Source of the DNA: Alcaligenaceae bacterium
GTDB taxonomy: Bacteria; Pseudomonadota; Gammaproteobacteria; Burkholderiales; Burkholderiaceae_B
Assembly: GCA_029267315.1 (NCBI GenBank)
Contig: JAJUJD010000001.1
Location: 5,185 to 69,184, forward strand
DNA: 64,000 nt
Reading direction: 5' to 3'
Under the pieces are notes generated by a model. That model was given only the letters and a program-made list of their open reading frames with translations. It did not search any database and had not been told where the DNA came from. Positions 52,597-63,161 of this stretch are shown here, piece after piece. Position numbers and translations under genes: made by a program. The first letter of the stretch is position 1. Every line of letters begins with the position of its first letter.

Positions 52597-52731
52597 TATT
52601 CTGCGGTGTATCCGGCGGGGCCGTGGGCAAGCCGCTGTGAGTTCGTCGTGGTATCTCTTTTATTATGCAGTATTGGGACCGCAAGCCGAAATCCGTATCA
52701 AATCGGGCTTGCAAGACGATACGAATGCTGT

Positions 52732-54186
52732 TTACAGGTAAGGACTCGCCAGCCAGATCACCCGGTTACGCAAGCGTTTGCGGAAAGGTATGGCGGCGAG
52801 AGATTCCAAGGTCACCAGTTCGGCGTGGGCGATTTCAAGGTCGATAAGGTCTTCAATACGGCGCGCGAGGCTTCGGCTGTAGATTTCCATGTCGAGCTCG
52901 AAATTCAGACGGAGGCTGCGTGGGTCGAGGTTGGATGAGCCGATAAGACTCCACGCTCCGTCAATGGTGGTCAGCTTGGAATGATTGAAAACACCTGCTG
53001 TCCGCCAGACTCGGCACCCCGCTCGCACCACTTGGTCCAGCTGGGCGGTCATGGCGTAATTGACCAGCCGCAAATTATTTTGCCCCGGAATGACAATGTC
53101 GACTAACACTCCCCGGCGGGCGGCCGTGTTGATGGCGCCAAGCAAGACTTGATCGGGCAGGAAATAGGGCGACTGGATGCGTATATGGTGTTGTGCCACG
53201 GCAAAGGCCCCCAGCAGCAGGCTGTGCGTGCTGGCCATGTAACGGTCAGGGCCGGAGTGAATGCAGCGGGCCGCGATGTGGGGCTCGCAAGTGTCCCAGT
53301 CGGTAGCGATCCATTTCTCGAAAGGAAGCGCTTCACGGGTCGTGAACTCCCAGTCATGAGCAAAAACGGCCATTAGCTGCGCGACGACTGGCCCCTCCAC
53401 CTGGAAATGGGTGTCGTTGGCGGCTTTCTCTTTTGCAAGCGTGGACACAAAGTTCTCGCGAATGTTCATGCCCCCCGTAAACCCTAGCCGGCCATCCACT
53501 ACGAGAATCTTGCGGTGACTGCGCAGATTGGCATAAGCGGTACGGATGCCCATGGGGTTGGTCATGAACAGGGCATAAGGGATCTCGTTGCGTCGCAACG
53601 CCCAAGTGATCGACGGTTGCGAATAGCGCACGCCCACCGCGTCGATCAGTACCCGAATTTCCACGCCTCGTTGCCTGGCACGCGCAAGGGCTGCCACGAA
53701 CGCCTTGCCCTGCATGTCGTTGTCGAAAATGTAGGTTTCCAGGGCAATGGTGCGCTCGGCCGACTCAATTGCGTCGATCATGGCGGGGTAGGCTTCGTCG
53801 CCACTGCGCAGGATGCGCACATTATTGCCATCGACCAGGGGGAAGCGGCTGAGGTTGTCGCTTAGCTGATGAAGGGATTTGAATTGCGGGGCGGCAAGGT
53901 AGGCCACATCAATCGGCGTGAGAGGCCTGTCTGGAATGTAGCTGGGCAGGCTGCGATCACGCTGGTCGGAAATGTGGTCGTGGCGAATTCTATTGATGCC
54001 GGCGATCAAGTAGATGAACGGCCCCAACAGAGGCGACATGATGATCACGCCCACCCAGGCGATAGCCGCTCTCACATCGGACTTCGTCATGGCAGCGTGC
54101 ACGGCGGCCGTGCTGCCTACCGTGATGCTCAAAAGCAGCACGAGATGCGGCCAGTATTCGTCGAAAAGCGCTTGGAAGGTTGTCAT
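52732..54186 (-). CDS. cls: Cardiolipin synthase
   Basis: N-terminal TM segments and two HKD motifs (HRKILVVDG, HSKLTTIDG). Confidence 0.93.
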   Translation of the reverse strand: MTTFQALFDEYWPHLVLLLSITVGSTAAVHAAMTKSDVRAAIAWVGVIIMSPLLGPFIYLIAGINRIRHDHISDQRDRSLPSYIPDRPLTPIDVAYLAAPQFKSLHQLSDNLSRFPLVDGNNVRILRSGDEAYPAMIDAIESAERTIALETYIFDNDMQGKAFVAALARARQRGVEIRVLIDAVGVRYSQPSITWALRRNEIPYALFMTNPMGIRTAYANLRSHRKILVVDGRLGFTGGMNIRENFVSTLAKEKAANDTHFQVEGPVVAQLMAVFAHDWEFTTREALPFEKWIATDWDTCEPHIAARCIHSGPDRYMASTHSLLLGAFAVAQHHIRIQSPYFLPDQVLLGAINTAARRGVLVDIVIPGQNNLRLVNYAMTAQLDQVVRAGCRVWRTAGVFNHSKLTTIDGAWSLIGSSNLDPRSLRLNFELDMEIYSRSLARRIEDLIDLEIAHAELVTLESLAAIPFRKRLRNRVIWLASPYL

Positions 54187-54362
54187 GCGAGCAAGATATG
54201 CCGGTGGAGTCGCGATGATGCCGGCAGTGTAACTGAAGGCCCAGGGCCCAAGCCCTTCATGGTGCGCCCATGATACAGGCTTCAGGAGTGTGGCCCGATA
54301 CTTGCAATAAGGGTGACAAGGCGGGGTGGTTGTTACCCCGACATCACAAAAGGAGAACTCTT

Positions 54363-54434
54363 ATGCGCCCCTTGTTGCTTTGGCTTATCGGCATTCCCCT
54401 GCCAATTATTCTTCTTATTATGCTGTTCTGGTAA
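54363..54434 (+). CDS. 23-aa hydrophobic membrane microprotein (absent from the ORF track)
   Basis: MRPLLLWLIGIPLPIILLIMLFW*; AGGAG SD 7 nt upstream; hairpin downstream. Confidence 0.75.
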   Translation: MRPLLLWLIGIPLPIILLIMLFW

Positions 54435-54452
54435 CAGGGCGGCCGCACAAAG

Positions 54453-54477
54453 AAAAAGCCCGCTAAATAGCGGGCTT
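54453..54477. terminator. Terminator between the 23-aa gene and tRNA-His
   Basis: AAAAAGCCCGCTA-AA-TAGCGGGCTT. Confidence 0.75.
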
Positions 54478-54549
54478 GTGCGACAGGTGGATGGGCCAAT
54501 TGGTTCATGCCACCCAAGGTTCTGCAGCTTCGTCAAAACCTCAAGAATT

Positions 54550-54626
54550 TGGGGTGACCGATGGGGCTCGAACCCACGACAACCGGAATCACAATCCGGG
54601 ACTCTACCAACTGAGCTACGGTCACC
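54550..54626 (-). tRNA. tRNA-His (GTG), including G-1
   Basis: GGTGACCGTAGCTCAGTTGGTAGAGTC-CCGGA-TTGTGAT-TCCGG...GTTCGAGC...GGTCACCCCA. Confidence 0.97.
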
Positions 54627-54880
54627 ATTGACAGTGCGCTAACAGGTTCCCCTGTTTTGCTAAGACTGGCAAATTAAGCACCAGGCACTGCGAAAGAAAA
54701 ATGATTCTAGCATATTTTTTCAGACAGGCGCGAGCCCATGCCCACGGCCGCCTTTTGAAGGTGTTTGCCTGGCCTTACGGCGCGTTGTATCGTAGAGCGG
54801 CGTCACTTGGAATTCCAGGTGACTGAGACCGGTTGATGCGTATTCCGTTTCAATGAACCCAAGAATGTCAGGAAGCTTAC

Positions 54881-55507
54881 ATGGCCCAACTCTTCGTCGT
54901 TCACCCAGAGAATCCGCAGTCACGGCTGCTAGGCCAAGCCGGCCAATTGCTGGCCGAAGGCGGTCTTGTAGCCATCCCCACCGACTCCAGCTACGCCGTG
55001 GTCGCCCGGCTCGACGATAAGTCAGCCGCCGACGCGCTTCGACGCCTGCGCGGGCTGGACGAACGTCACCACCTCACTCTTTTATGTCGTGACCTTGCTG
55101 AAATCAGCCACTTCGCCCGCGTGGACAACCGGCAATACCGGTTCCTGAAACTGGCCACCCCGGGGTCCTACACTTTCATCCTCGAGGCCACCAAGGAAGT
55201 GCCTCGGCGCGTATCGCATCCTTCCCGCAAGACCATAGGCATCCGGGTGCCAGATCACCGCATCACGCTTGCCTTCATCGAGGCCGCAGGCACGCCACTG
55301 GTATCGACTACCTTGATCCCCGACGGCGAACAAGACCCGCTTAACGATGCGCAGGAAATTTTCCAGCGCTATGGTGGTCAACTGGCTGCTGTCATTGATG
55401 GCGGTGCATGCTCTCTAGCACCCACCACGGTCATCGACCTGACTGGTCCGTTGCCCGAAGTGGTACGCCATGGTCAGGGAGACCTTGCAGCAGTAGGGCT
55501 GGACTAA
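54881..55507 (+). CDS. yciO: YciO-like Sua5/YrdC/TsaC family protein
   Basis: VHPENPQSRL, PTDSSYA, RKTIGIRVP and PTTVIDL. Confidence 0.88.
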   Translation: MAQLFVVHPENPQSRLLGQAGQLLAEGGLVAIPTDSSYAVVARLDDKSAADALRRLRGLDERHHLTLLCRDLAEISHFARVDNRQYRFLKLATPGSYTFILEATKEVPRRVSHPSRKTIGIRVPDHRITLAFIEAAGTPLVSTTLIPDGEQDPLNDAQEIFQRYGGQLAAVIDGGACSLAPTTVIDLTGPLPEVVRHGQGDLAAVGLD

Positions 55508-55519
55508 CTCAGGCGCCAG

Positions 55520-56170
55520 ATGTCCGAGCTTATCCAGACGATCACGGTCTACGCGCTTCCCGTGCTTTTCGGCATTACCCTGCATGAAGCGGCCCATGGT
55601 TATGTTGCGCGCATGTTTGGCGACCCTACCGCCTGGCAGGCCGGACGCATCAGCCTGAATCCTATTCGACATATTGACCCGGTCGGCACCATTGCGGTGC
55701 CGCTATTTCTTCTGTTCACCACAAAAATTCTGGGCGGTGCCGGCCTGCTCTTTGGGTGGGCCAAACCTGTGCCTGTAGATTGGAGCCGGCTTCGCAATCC
55801 GAAGCGTGACATGGCATGGGTCGCACTGGCGGGGCCGATGTCGAATCTCGTCATGGCGGTACTGTGGGCAATATCCCTGCGACTGCTGGCAGAGTCGGGC
55901 GCCTCGGCCACCGACTTCTGGGCTCGTATGGCGATTGCAGGGGTTCAGGTTAATCTGATCCTTATGGCCTTGAACTTGGTGCCGCTACCCCCGCTGGACG
56001 GTGGCCGCATTGTGGTGAGTTTGCTGCCTAACCGTCTCGCTTACCAATACTCGCGTATTGAGCCATACGGCATTCTTATTCTGATTATTTTGATGATGAC
56101 CGGTATGCTGTGGTTCCTGCTGGGGCCATTCCTGCTGTTCGGCCAGACCATTATCGAGTGGTTCCTGTAG
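55520..56170 (+). CDS. Site-2 protease (peptidase M50)
   Basis: HEAAH, AGPMSN and NLVPLPPLDG. Confidence 0.95.
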   Translation: MSELIQTITVYALPVLFGITLHEAAHGYVARMFGDPTAWQAGRISLNPIRHIDPVGTIAVPLFLLFTTKILGGAGLLFGWAKPVPVDWSRLRNPKRDMAWVALAGPMSNLVMAVLWAISLRLLAESGASATDFWARMAIAGVQVNLILMALNLVPLPPLDGGRIVVSLLPNRLAYQYSRIEPYGILILIILMMTGMLWFLLGPFLLFGQTIIEWFL

Positions 56171-56299
56171 CTGCCATATGGGTGCACAGGATGCCCCCTG
56201 TTTACAACTTCTACAGCAATGCGAGTAAACTTGCAGATTGGGTTCGGTTGGCTGAATACACGCCAGGCCGATGAGTTAGTGGAGATCAACTGAAATATT

Positions 56300-57196
56300 A
56301 TGGCAAGCACGGATTCTTCGATTTTTAAGGGCAGCATGGTGGCCCTTGTCACGCCCATGCACCCCGATGGCAGCCTTGATCTCGACGCATTTCGAAAACT
56401 CATCGATTGGCATGTGGCCGAAGGCACCGACGCACTGGTGGTCGTAGGTACTTCGGGTGAATCGCCAACAGTCGATTTCGAAGAGCACTTTGAAGTCATC
56501 CGCATTGCGGTTGAACATGCCGCTGGCCGCATTCCCGTCATTGCTGGGGTGGGCGGCAATTCAACCAGTGAGGCTATCGAGCTCACCGAACATGCTGCCA
56601 AGGTCGGCGCTCAGGCCGGCCTGTCGGTCGTGCCTTACTACAACCGACCCACACAGGAAGGCCTGTACCAGCACTTCCGCAAAGTGGCGGAAACGGTCGA
56701 TCTCCCGCTGATCCTCTACAACGTCCCGGGACGTTGTGTGGCTGATCTCTCCAATGCCACAGTACTTCGCCTCGCCGAAGTCCCGAACATTATTGGCATT
56801 AAAGATGCCACGGGAGACATACCCCGCGGGGTGGAGCTCCTGCGCGACGCACCGGCCGATTTCCGCATCATCAGCGGGGACGATCCCACGGCTGCCGCAT
56901 TGATGCTGCTGGGTGGGCACGGAAATATTTCCGTCACCGCCAACGTGGCGCCGCGCATGATGCACGAGCTGTGTGTTGCTGCCATGTCAGGAGATGTCGC
57001 GCGGACACGCGAACTGAATACCAAGCTTGCACAACTGAATAGGGTGTTGTTCGTCGAGGCCAACCCCATTCCGGTCAAATGGGCCGTCGCAGAAATGGGG
57101 CTGTCCGAGCTGGGCTATCGCCTGCCTCTCGTACCGCTTTCATCGCAGTACCATGATCTCGTTCGTACATCCCTGAAAGAAGCTGGCGTACTCTGA
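56300..57196 (+). CDS. dapA: 4-hydroxy-tetrahydrodipicolinate synthase
   Basis: GTSGES, PYYNRP, YNVPGR, GIKDA and NPIPVK; upstream of bamC. Confidence 0.97.
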   Translation: MASTDSSIFKGSMVALVTPMHPDGSLDLDAFRKLIDWHVAEGTDALVVVGTSGESPTVDFEEHFEVIRIAVEHAAGRIPVIAGVGGNSTSEAIELTEHAAKVGAQAGLSVVPYYNRPTQEGLYQHFRKVAETVDLPLILYNVPGRCVADLSNATVLRLAEVPNIIGIKDATGDIPRGVELLRDAPADFRIISGDDPTAAALMLLGGHGNISVTANVAPRMMHELCVAAMSGDVARTRELNTKLAQLNRVLFVEANPIPVKWAVAEMGLSELGYRLPLVPLSSQYHDLVRTSLKEAGVL

Positions 57197-57198
57197 AC

Positions 57199-58329
57199 AT
57201 GACCATTCATTCCAACAAGACGCGCATCATCGGGTCGGCGCTCGGCCTGAGCGCACTGCTGCTTACCGGCTGCTCGACCATCAACCAGGCCCTCGGCCTC
57301 GAAGAGTCAGTCGATTACAAAAGTACGGTAGCGGGCGACCCTCTCACAATTCCGCCTGATCTCACTCAGGCGAACAGCGACGTTCGTTATACGGCTCCGG
57401 CCGGGGTGACCACCTTCTCCGAATACGCAGCCGCACAGGGCAGCCGTCCGGCAGCAGGGCAGACACAGGTTCTGCCGGCCTCCGAGGGTATCGAGGTCAA
57501 GCGGGACGGCGATCTGCGTTGGCTGGTGGTGCATCGTCCCGCCGAGGACATCTATCCGCAGTTGTTGGAATTCTGGAATGAGCAAGGCTTTACGATTCGT
57601 TCCGATGACCCGCGCGCCGGTCTGATCGAAACGGATTGGGCCGAGAATCGGGCGAAAATTCCGGAAGGTTGGATCCGCAAGGCGCTGGGTTCCATCATTG
57701 ACCAGGTCTTCGACAGTGGTGAGCGCGAACGCTTCCGCACACGTGTGGAGCGCGTCAGCCCCACCGTGACGGAAGTCTATATCAGCCATCAACATATGTT
57801 CGAGGAGCCTGTAGGGGATGGCCAGGGGTTTCGATGGGTGCACGGGAAGGAAGATCCGGGCCTGAACGCCGCGATGCTGGCAAGGTTGATGGTATATCTG
57901 GGCACCGATGTCGCGGCCGCTTCGGAACGCGTAACGGAAGCCGAGAAAGTCCAAACCCGCCCCTCGGTTCAAGCATTGCCTGACAGTACAGCACTTGCTC
58001 TGGCCGAGAACTTCGACCGCGCATGGCGTCGTGTCGGTGTTGCCATCGATTCTGCCGGCTTCTCCGTCGAAGACCGCGATCGCTCCACAGGCGACTACTA
58101 CATTCGTTACCTGGACGTCGACCTCGGGCAGAAGATCGAACAACCGAACATCTTCAGCCGCATGTTTGGCGGGAAGAATACGGCCGAACCGGTCTCGTAT
58201 CGCATTAACGTGCAGGAGCAGGGCGGCACTTCCGTGGTGCGCGTTCTGGATGCCAACGGGGTCTCCCAAGAAGACGATACGGCTAAGCGCATTCTTGCCG
58301 TTCTCGCCGATCACATGGGTTACCGCTAA
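57199..58329 (+). CDS. bamC: Outer membrane assembly lipoprotein BamC
   Basis: Lipobox LTGC, PLTIPPDL and ETDWAENRAK; dapA synteny. Confidence 0.92.
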   Translation: MTIHSNKTRIIGSALGLSALLLTGCSTINQALGLEESVDYKSTVAGDPLTIPPDLTQANSDVRYTAPAGVTTFSEYAAAQGSRPAAGQTQVLPASEGIEVKRDGDLRWLVVHRPAEDIYPQLLEFWNEQGFTIRSDDPRAGLIETDWAENRAKIPEGWIRKALGSIIDQVFDSGERERFRTRVERVSPTVTEVYISHQHMFEEPVGDGQGFRWVHGKEDPGLNAAMLARLMVYLGTDVAAASERVTEAEKVQTRPSVQALPDSTALALAENFDRAWRRVGVAIDSAGFSVEDRDRSTGDYYIRYLDVDLGQKIEQPNIFSRMFGGKNTAEPVSYRINVQEQGGTSVVRVLDANGVSQEDDTAKRILAVLADHMGYR

Positions 58330-58354
58330 CCCGCGGCACGTCTGACAGCACATT

Positions 58355-58383
58355 GAAAAGGGCAGGTTCAACCTGCCCTTTTC
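58355..58383. terminator. Bidirectional terminator between bamC and roxA
   Basis: GAAAAGGGCAGGTT-C-AACCTGCCCTTTTC. Confidence 0.85.
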
Positions 58384-59574
58384 TTATTCTTCCATGTAGT
58401 GCACCCAGCCTTCCGCGACCCATTCGCGCAGAGCAGCTTCTTCTTTATTCTTGAGGTCGTCGAGCAGTTCTGGTGAACAGATCAGCTCACGCTGGTCTGC
58501 CAAGGTGCGCATGCGGCGACTTGCCTTGATTGGAGCGACCTCCCCGTTAATGTACAGCTCCTTGTCCCGGTACATCATGCGGGTGCAGCGGTCGAGCACG
58601 AAGCGACCGACAGTTGGGAAGGGTTCGTGGTCAGGCAATACGTCTTCGCCGGGAACAAAATAAGCATGTTCCGGCAGTTCAGTCAGCCACTGCCCGAGAA
58701 AGCGTGCCGCCTGACGCCGATCCAGGGGCAGCCGTTTTACCGCTTCAATCGTGCTGTCAAGCAGCTGCGTCGGCAATTTGGCCGGCGTGCTGGTCGCCGC
58801 TATGCCCGGGTCTTTGTACGTACCTTCCATGTTAGGACCAGGAATGATCGGGCGCGCGTATAGGCCGTCGTCGTTACCCAGGTTAGCCATCAATTGGTCA
58901 GACATGGCGTGCAGCATGCCGTAGGCCAGTGCACCCTGCGTGGGAGCGCGGAACCCGATGGAAATGGTCATGCAGTTATGTGTTTCGGCGACCCCGTCGT
59001 GAGCCACATGGGGCGGTAAATACAGCATGTCGCCGGGCTCAAGCACAAATTCCTGTTCGGCTTCGAAACGCTGCAGTATTTTGCATGGCAGTCCCGGAAC
59101 AAGGTCGAGGTCGCTTTGCTGGCTGATGCGCCAGCGGCGCTTGCCATGGCCTTGGAGCAGAAAGACGTCATAACTGTCAAAGTGCGGGCCCACGCCGCCA
59201 CCTTTTGTGGCTACGCTGATCATGACATCGTCGAGCCGGGCATCCGAAATGAAACGGAACTGGCGCATGAGCGCGGCCATGCCGTCATCGTGCAGGTCCA
59301 CGCTTTGCGCGAGCACTGTCCACCCCGGCTGACGGGCAGACGGTAGTTTGGAGAAAGGGCCTTTGTCCATGTTCCAGATGCCTTCGTCCTGCCATATCAG
59401 GCGAGATTCAACTTCTTCACGCTTGACGAGCTCGCGAATATCCACAGGCCGGAGGTTGGGCCGGTAGCCAGGAATCGCCTGACGGATGAGCAAGGGCTGG
59501 CGCTGCCAGTAGCGGCTCATGAATTCCTGAGGGGAAATGCCGCCAAGCAAAGTTAAGGGCTGGTCGATGTTCAT
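58384..59574 (-). CDS. roxA: JmjC/cupin ribosomal oxygenase (YcfD/RoxA-like)
   Basis: [32 protein letters not shown]...H.G and SIGFRAP. Confidence 0.88.
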   Translation of the reverse strand: MNIDQPLTLLGGISPQEFMSRYWQRQPLLIRQAIPGYRPNLRPVDIRELVKREEVESRLIWQDEGIWNMDKGPFSKLPSARQPGWTVLAQSVDLHDDGMAALMRQFRFISDARLDDVMISVATKGGGVGPHFDSYDVFLLQGHGKRRWRISQQSDLDLVPGLPCKILQRFEAEQEFVLEPGDMLYLPPHVAHDGVAETHNCMTISIGFRAPTQGALAYGMLHAMSDQLMANLGNDDGLYARPIIPGPNMEGTYKDPGIAATSTPAKLPTQLLDSTIEAVKRLPLDRRQAARFLGQWLTELPEHAYFVPGEDVLPDHEPFPTVGRFVLDRCTRMMYRDKELYINGEVAPIKASRRMRTLADQRELICSPELLDDLKNKEEAALREWVAEGWVHYMEE

Positions 59575-62219
59575 GATGAAATTTCTTCGTGCAAGGCGTA
59601 GAGAAGGTCAAGCGCCTCACGTGGACTTAAGGTGTTGGGATCAATCTCGCGCAGCTTATCGCGCAATGCCATGGCAGCGTCGATGTCCGCGTTGGCGACT
59701 GTGGATTCGGGCGCGGACTCGGTGAGCGAAGGGCCGTCAGATCCATTTCCGCTGCCGAACAAATCGAGCTGGGGGGTGGCGACGCCCAGGGCTTCCAACC
59801 GTGACAGTTCCCGGCTGGCATGGCGGATTACTGCGCCGGGAATGCCGGCGCGCTGAGCAACCTGAATGCCGTAGCTGCGGCTTGCAGGGCCGGCCCGTAC
59901 CTCATGCAGGAAGACGATTCCTGAGGAAGACTCAGCGGCCGCTAAATGGACGTTTGCCGCCGTCGGCGCTTCCGCAGGCAAGCGAGTCAACTCAAAATAA
60001 TGCGTCGCAAACAGTGTCAGCGCCTGGTTGTGGTTCAGCAGGCGATGAGCAATGGCCCAAGCCAGCGCAAGACCATCGTATGTGGAGGTACCCCGGCCGA
60101 TTTCGTCCATGAGAACGAGGCTGCGTGCGGTGCTAGCCTGAAGAATGCTTGCCGCTTCGGTCATTTCCATCATGAAGGTCGACCGCCCGCCGGCAAGGTC
60201 ATCTCCCGCGCCAATGCGGGTGAAGATACGGTCAATGTCACCAACTCGCGCCGATGCAGCAGGAACAAAGCTACCCGTTCGGGCAAGCAACACAATGAGG
60301 GCGACTTGCCGCATGTAGGTGGATTTGCCGCCCATATTGGGCCCAGTGATAAGCAGCATGCGTTGTGTTGGCCCCAAGGTGCAATCGTTGGGTGTGAACC
60401 GTTCGATACTGCGTTCCACTACCGGGTGGCGACCCGCTTCAATCGCAATTTCCGCCGTGTCAACCAGTTCAGGCGCAACCCAGTCATTGTCGCGTGCGTG
60501 CAGGGCAAGGGATGCCAGGGCATCAACTTGCGCCAGCGCCGCCGCACAGCAGCTGAGTGCCGCAGCAAATGGAATCAAGGCGTCGAGCAATTGCTCATAC
60601 AGCCATTTCTCGCGGGCCAGGCTTCGTTCCTGTGCCGACAGCACCTTGTCCTCCCAGGCTTTGAGTTCCGGCGTTATGTAGCGCTCGGCGTTCTTCAGGG
60701 TTTGGCGCCGGCGATAGTCGTCGGGGACTTTGTCTGTCTGGCCGCGCGAGACCTCAATGAAGAAACCATGCACGCGGTTGTATTCAACACGCAGATTGGA
60801 GATTCCCGTACGCTCGCGCTCGCGCTGTTCGATCTCCATGAGGAATTCGCCGCTATCTGTTGCCAGACGACGCAGTTCATCAAGTTCTTCATCGTAGCCG
60901 GTTGCCAGTACGCCACCGTCACGAACCTGAGCGGCTGGGTCATCCGCAATGGCTCGCTGCAGCAGCTCGCAGGCGGCGGTGTCCACAGCCAGCTGCTCAC
61001 ATAGGGTCTGCAGGGCCCTACCTTCGGGGTAGCGCTGTTTGAGCAGAGTAAAGATCACTGGCATTTGCAGCAGGCAATCTCTCAGGCTGGCCAGTTCGCG
61101 CGGCCGGACCGATCGAAGCCAGAGGCGTGTGGCAATCCGTTCGAGGTCCGGAACGCGCTGCAGGCTGCGACGTAACGTGTCGAGCGGCTCTTCGGACTCC
61201 AGCCCGCCGGCCGGGACGGGGGAAAGCAGGGTGGATATGACGCTCTGTCGCTCCTGTATGGCGTGTCGGTTGCGCAGCGGCTGATGCAGCCAGCGTTTCA
61301 GCAAACGACTGCCCATGGGGGTTGCACAGTGGTCAAGCACTTTGAACAGTGTGGGCCCGTCTTCACCGCTGATGGTTTCGGTAATTTCCAAGTTGCGTCG
61401 CGACACGGGGTCAAGCACGACATACTCGCCCCCGTGGTCGACCCGAATGCCGTGAATGTGCTCGAGTGCGTGACTCTGCGTGCGGCTCACATAGCGCAAT
61501 AGTGCACCCGCTGCACATGCCGCAACCGGTACGTCGGACAGGCCGAGGCCTTGGAGGCCGTCCACCTTGAAGTGGGATTCCAGCACATGGCGAGCACCGT
61601 CTTCTTCGAAATGCCAGTCGGGTATGCGGCTGACGGCGGCGTGCAGGTGAGCTGTGTCTCTCCAGCTTTCCGCGCACACGAGTTCTGCAGGCGCGATGCG
61701 GTGCAGTTCCGTCTCCAGCATATCGGGGCTGCATTCCGTGACGCGGAATTCGCCGTTTGCCAAGTTCATCCAGGCCAGGCCGCAACGTTCATTGCGGCCC
61801 TTGCCAGACCGCCACACAGCGGCAATCATGCGGTCGTCTTTGCTTGGTAGCAGAGCGTCGTCCGTCAGGGTGCCGGGCGTCACGATGCGCACAATCTTGC
61901 GTTCGACCGGCCCCTTGCTGGTCGCTGGGTCACCGACCTGTTCGCAGATGGCCACCGATTCGCCCATCGCCACAAGCCGGGCCAGATAACCCTCAACGGA
62001 GTGGAAGGGCACGCCCGCCATGGGCACAGGTTGCCCGTTAGACATGCCACGCTTGGCGAGGGTGAGGTTCAACAGTCGGGCTCCCCGCTCGGCGTCTTCA
62101 TAAAACAGCTCATAGAAGTCACCCATGCGGTAGAACAGCAAATAATTTCCGGCCTCTGCTTTGAGCCGGAGATATTGCTGCATCATGGGTGTGTGACCGG
62201 AAAGATCGGGTTGTGTCAT
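59571..62219 (-). CDS. mutS: DNA mismatch repair protein MutS
   Basis: [41 protein letters not shown] and ATHYFEL. Confidence 0.99.
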   Translation of the reverse strand: MTQPDLSGHTPMMQQYLRLKAEAGNYLLFYRMGDFYELFYEDAERGARLLNLTLAKRGMSNGQPVPMAGVPFHSVEGYLARLVAMGESVAICEQVGDPATSKGPVERKIVRIVTPGTLTDDALLPSKDDRMIAAVWRSGKGRNERCGLAWMNLANGEFRVTECSPDMLETELHRIAPAELVCAESWRDTAHLHAAVSRIPDWHFEEDGARHVLESHFKVDGLQGLGLSDVPVAACAAGALLRYVSRTQSHALEHIHGIRVDHGGEYVVLDPVSRRNLEITETISGEDGPTLFKVLDHCATPMGSRLLKRWLHQPLRNRHAIQERQSVISTLLSPVPAGGLESEEPLDTLRRSLQRVPDLERIATRLWLRSVRPRELASLRDCLLQMPVIFTLLKQRYPEGRALQTLCEQLAVDTAACELLQRAIADDPAAQVRDGGVLATGYDEELDELRRLATDSGEFLMEIEQRERERTGISNLRVEYNRVHGFFIEVSRGQTDKVPDDYRRRQTLKNAERYITPELKAWEDKVLSAQERSLAREKWLYEQLLDALIPFAAALSCCAAALAQVDALASLALHARDNDWVAPELVDTAEIAIEAGRHPVVERSIERFTPNDCTLGPTQRMLLITGPNMGGKSTYMRQVALIVLLARTGSFVPAASARVGDIDRIFTRIGAGDDLAGGRSTFMMEMTEAASILQASTARSLVLMDEIGRGTSTYDGLALAWAIAHRLLNHNQALTLFATHYFELTRLPAEAPTAANVHLAAAESSSGIVFLHEVRAGPASRSYGIQVAQRAGIPGAVIRHASRELSRLEALGVATPQLDLFGSGNGSDGPSLTESAPESTVANADIDAAMALRDKLREIDPNTLSPREALDLLYALHEEISS

Positions 62220-62362
62220 CAAGCGTTGGGAAGAAAAGGATATGCGCTCCCCGCCTGCTGCATGGCAGTAGGCAGGAGACGAGGAGTCGGGATGATGCGA
62301 TCTGCCCATTATAGTGGGGCAGGGATACCGCGCAGCGTAGGGGTCCGCGTTCCAAGGGCATT

Positions 62363-62390
62363 AAAAAGCCCGCGCAGATGAGCGCGGGCT
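62363..62390 (-). terminator. Intrinsic terminator after the csbD cluster
   Basis: Minus strand reads AGCCCGCGC...GCGCGGGC-TTTTT. Confidence 0.75.
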
Positions 62391-62406
62391 CGAGGGGTGA
62401 AGCAGT

Positions 62407-62628
62407 CTATAAGGAGGGCGGACGCCCCGGATCAACTGGTTCAGGCGGGCCACCTGGGTGACCAGGGTTGCTGGGTTCCGGTGTAGGGCGACCGGGCTCC
62501 GCGGGCAAGTCTATGCCTGGCTTCCCGCCGGGCCGACCACCTTCGCCCACGTCCGTGTCGGGAACCCGGTTCCCTTCCCCGGGGGCTTCCCGCTTCAGCG
62601 GATCAGTGTCAGGGACGGGTCTGGTCAT
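62407..62628 (-). CDS. Pro/Gly-rich 73-aa hypothetical protein
   Basis: MTRPVPDTD...PPSL fills the gap between csbD and the terminator and overlaps the csbD 3' end by 20 nt. Confidence 0.55.
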   Translation of the reverse strand: MTRPVPDTDPLKREAPGEGNRVPDTDVGEGGRPGGKPGIDLPAEPGRPTPEPSNPGHPGGPPEPVDPGRPPSL

Positions 62629-62794
62629 CGCGTAACTCGTCTTTGACTTCGCCGACTTCTCGCTGCACGGTGCCAACGTTCTTTTCGACTTTACCCTTGA
62701 TTTCGGTTTTCTTGTCGCCTGTAACCTTGCCAGCAGCTTCCTTCACTGCACCCTTGACTTCGTGGCCAGCACCTTCAATACGGTCCAAATCCAT
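62609..62794 (-). CDS. csbD: CsbD family stress protein
   Basis: MDLDRIEG...VKGAVKEAAGKVTGD...EIKG...G.VQ...GEVKD; CAGGAG SD. Confidence 0.9.
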   Translation of the reverse strand: MDLDRIEGAGHEVKGAVKEAAGKVTGDKKTEIKGKVEKNVGTVQREVGEVKDELRDDQTRP

Positions 62795-62860
62795 GGTGAT
62801 CTCCTGTGACATCGTTGGAAAGGTATTCAGGAAATCGTAAGCAAGGGGTATGCCCGCCAC

Positions 62861-63097
62861 TTAAGAAGAAGACCGCATCTGCTTGCCCCGCCAGAACACA
62901 TAAGCACCGATCAGAACAATGATCCATAGCGGGATGCCGTCTCGGGAAAACAGTAGGTCGAAATACAAAGCCCACGGCCCCTGCACGCAGTCGGGGCTGA
63001 GCGAACACGCCGTAAAGGAAAAATAAAGAACGATGGCAAGGGCGCCAACAACCATGTTGGCCCCCACTATCATCAGGAACGCGCCCAGTCTGCGCAT
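62861..63097 (-). CDS. 78-aa hypothetical membrane protein with two TM segments
   Basis: Two hydrophobic stretches around a CSLSPDC loop; CAGGAG SD before ATG 63097. Confidence 0.7.
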   Translation of the reverse strand: MRRLGAFLMIVGANMVVGALAIVLYFSFTACSLSPDCVQGPWALYFDLLFSRDGIPLWIIVLIGAYVFWRGKQMRSSS

Positions 63098-63161
63098 GTG
63101 GTTTCTCCTGGAAGGCTCGTGCGGCGCGCAGCCATGCAGCTCTAGAGTCGCCAGCTGGCAG

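Noticed and set aside
54313-54642. 109-aa and 67-aa ORFs near tRNA-His, and the 202-aa ORF at 48805-49413
   Set aside because: They overlap tRNA genes, terminators or the better-supported 23-aa ORF and have no SD or motif support.
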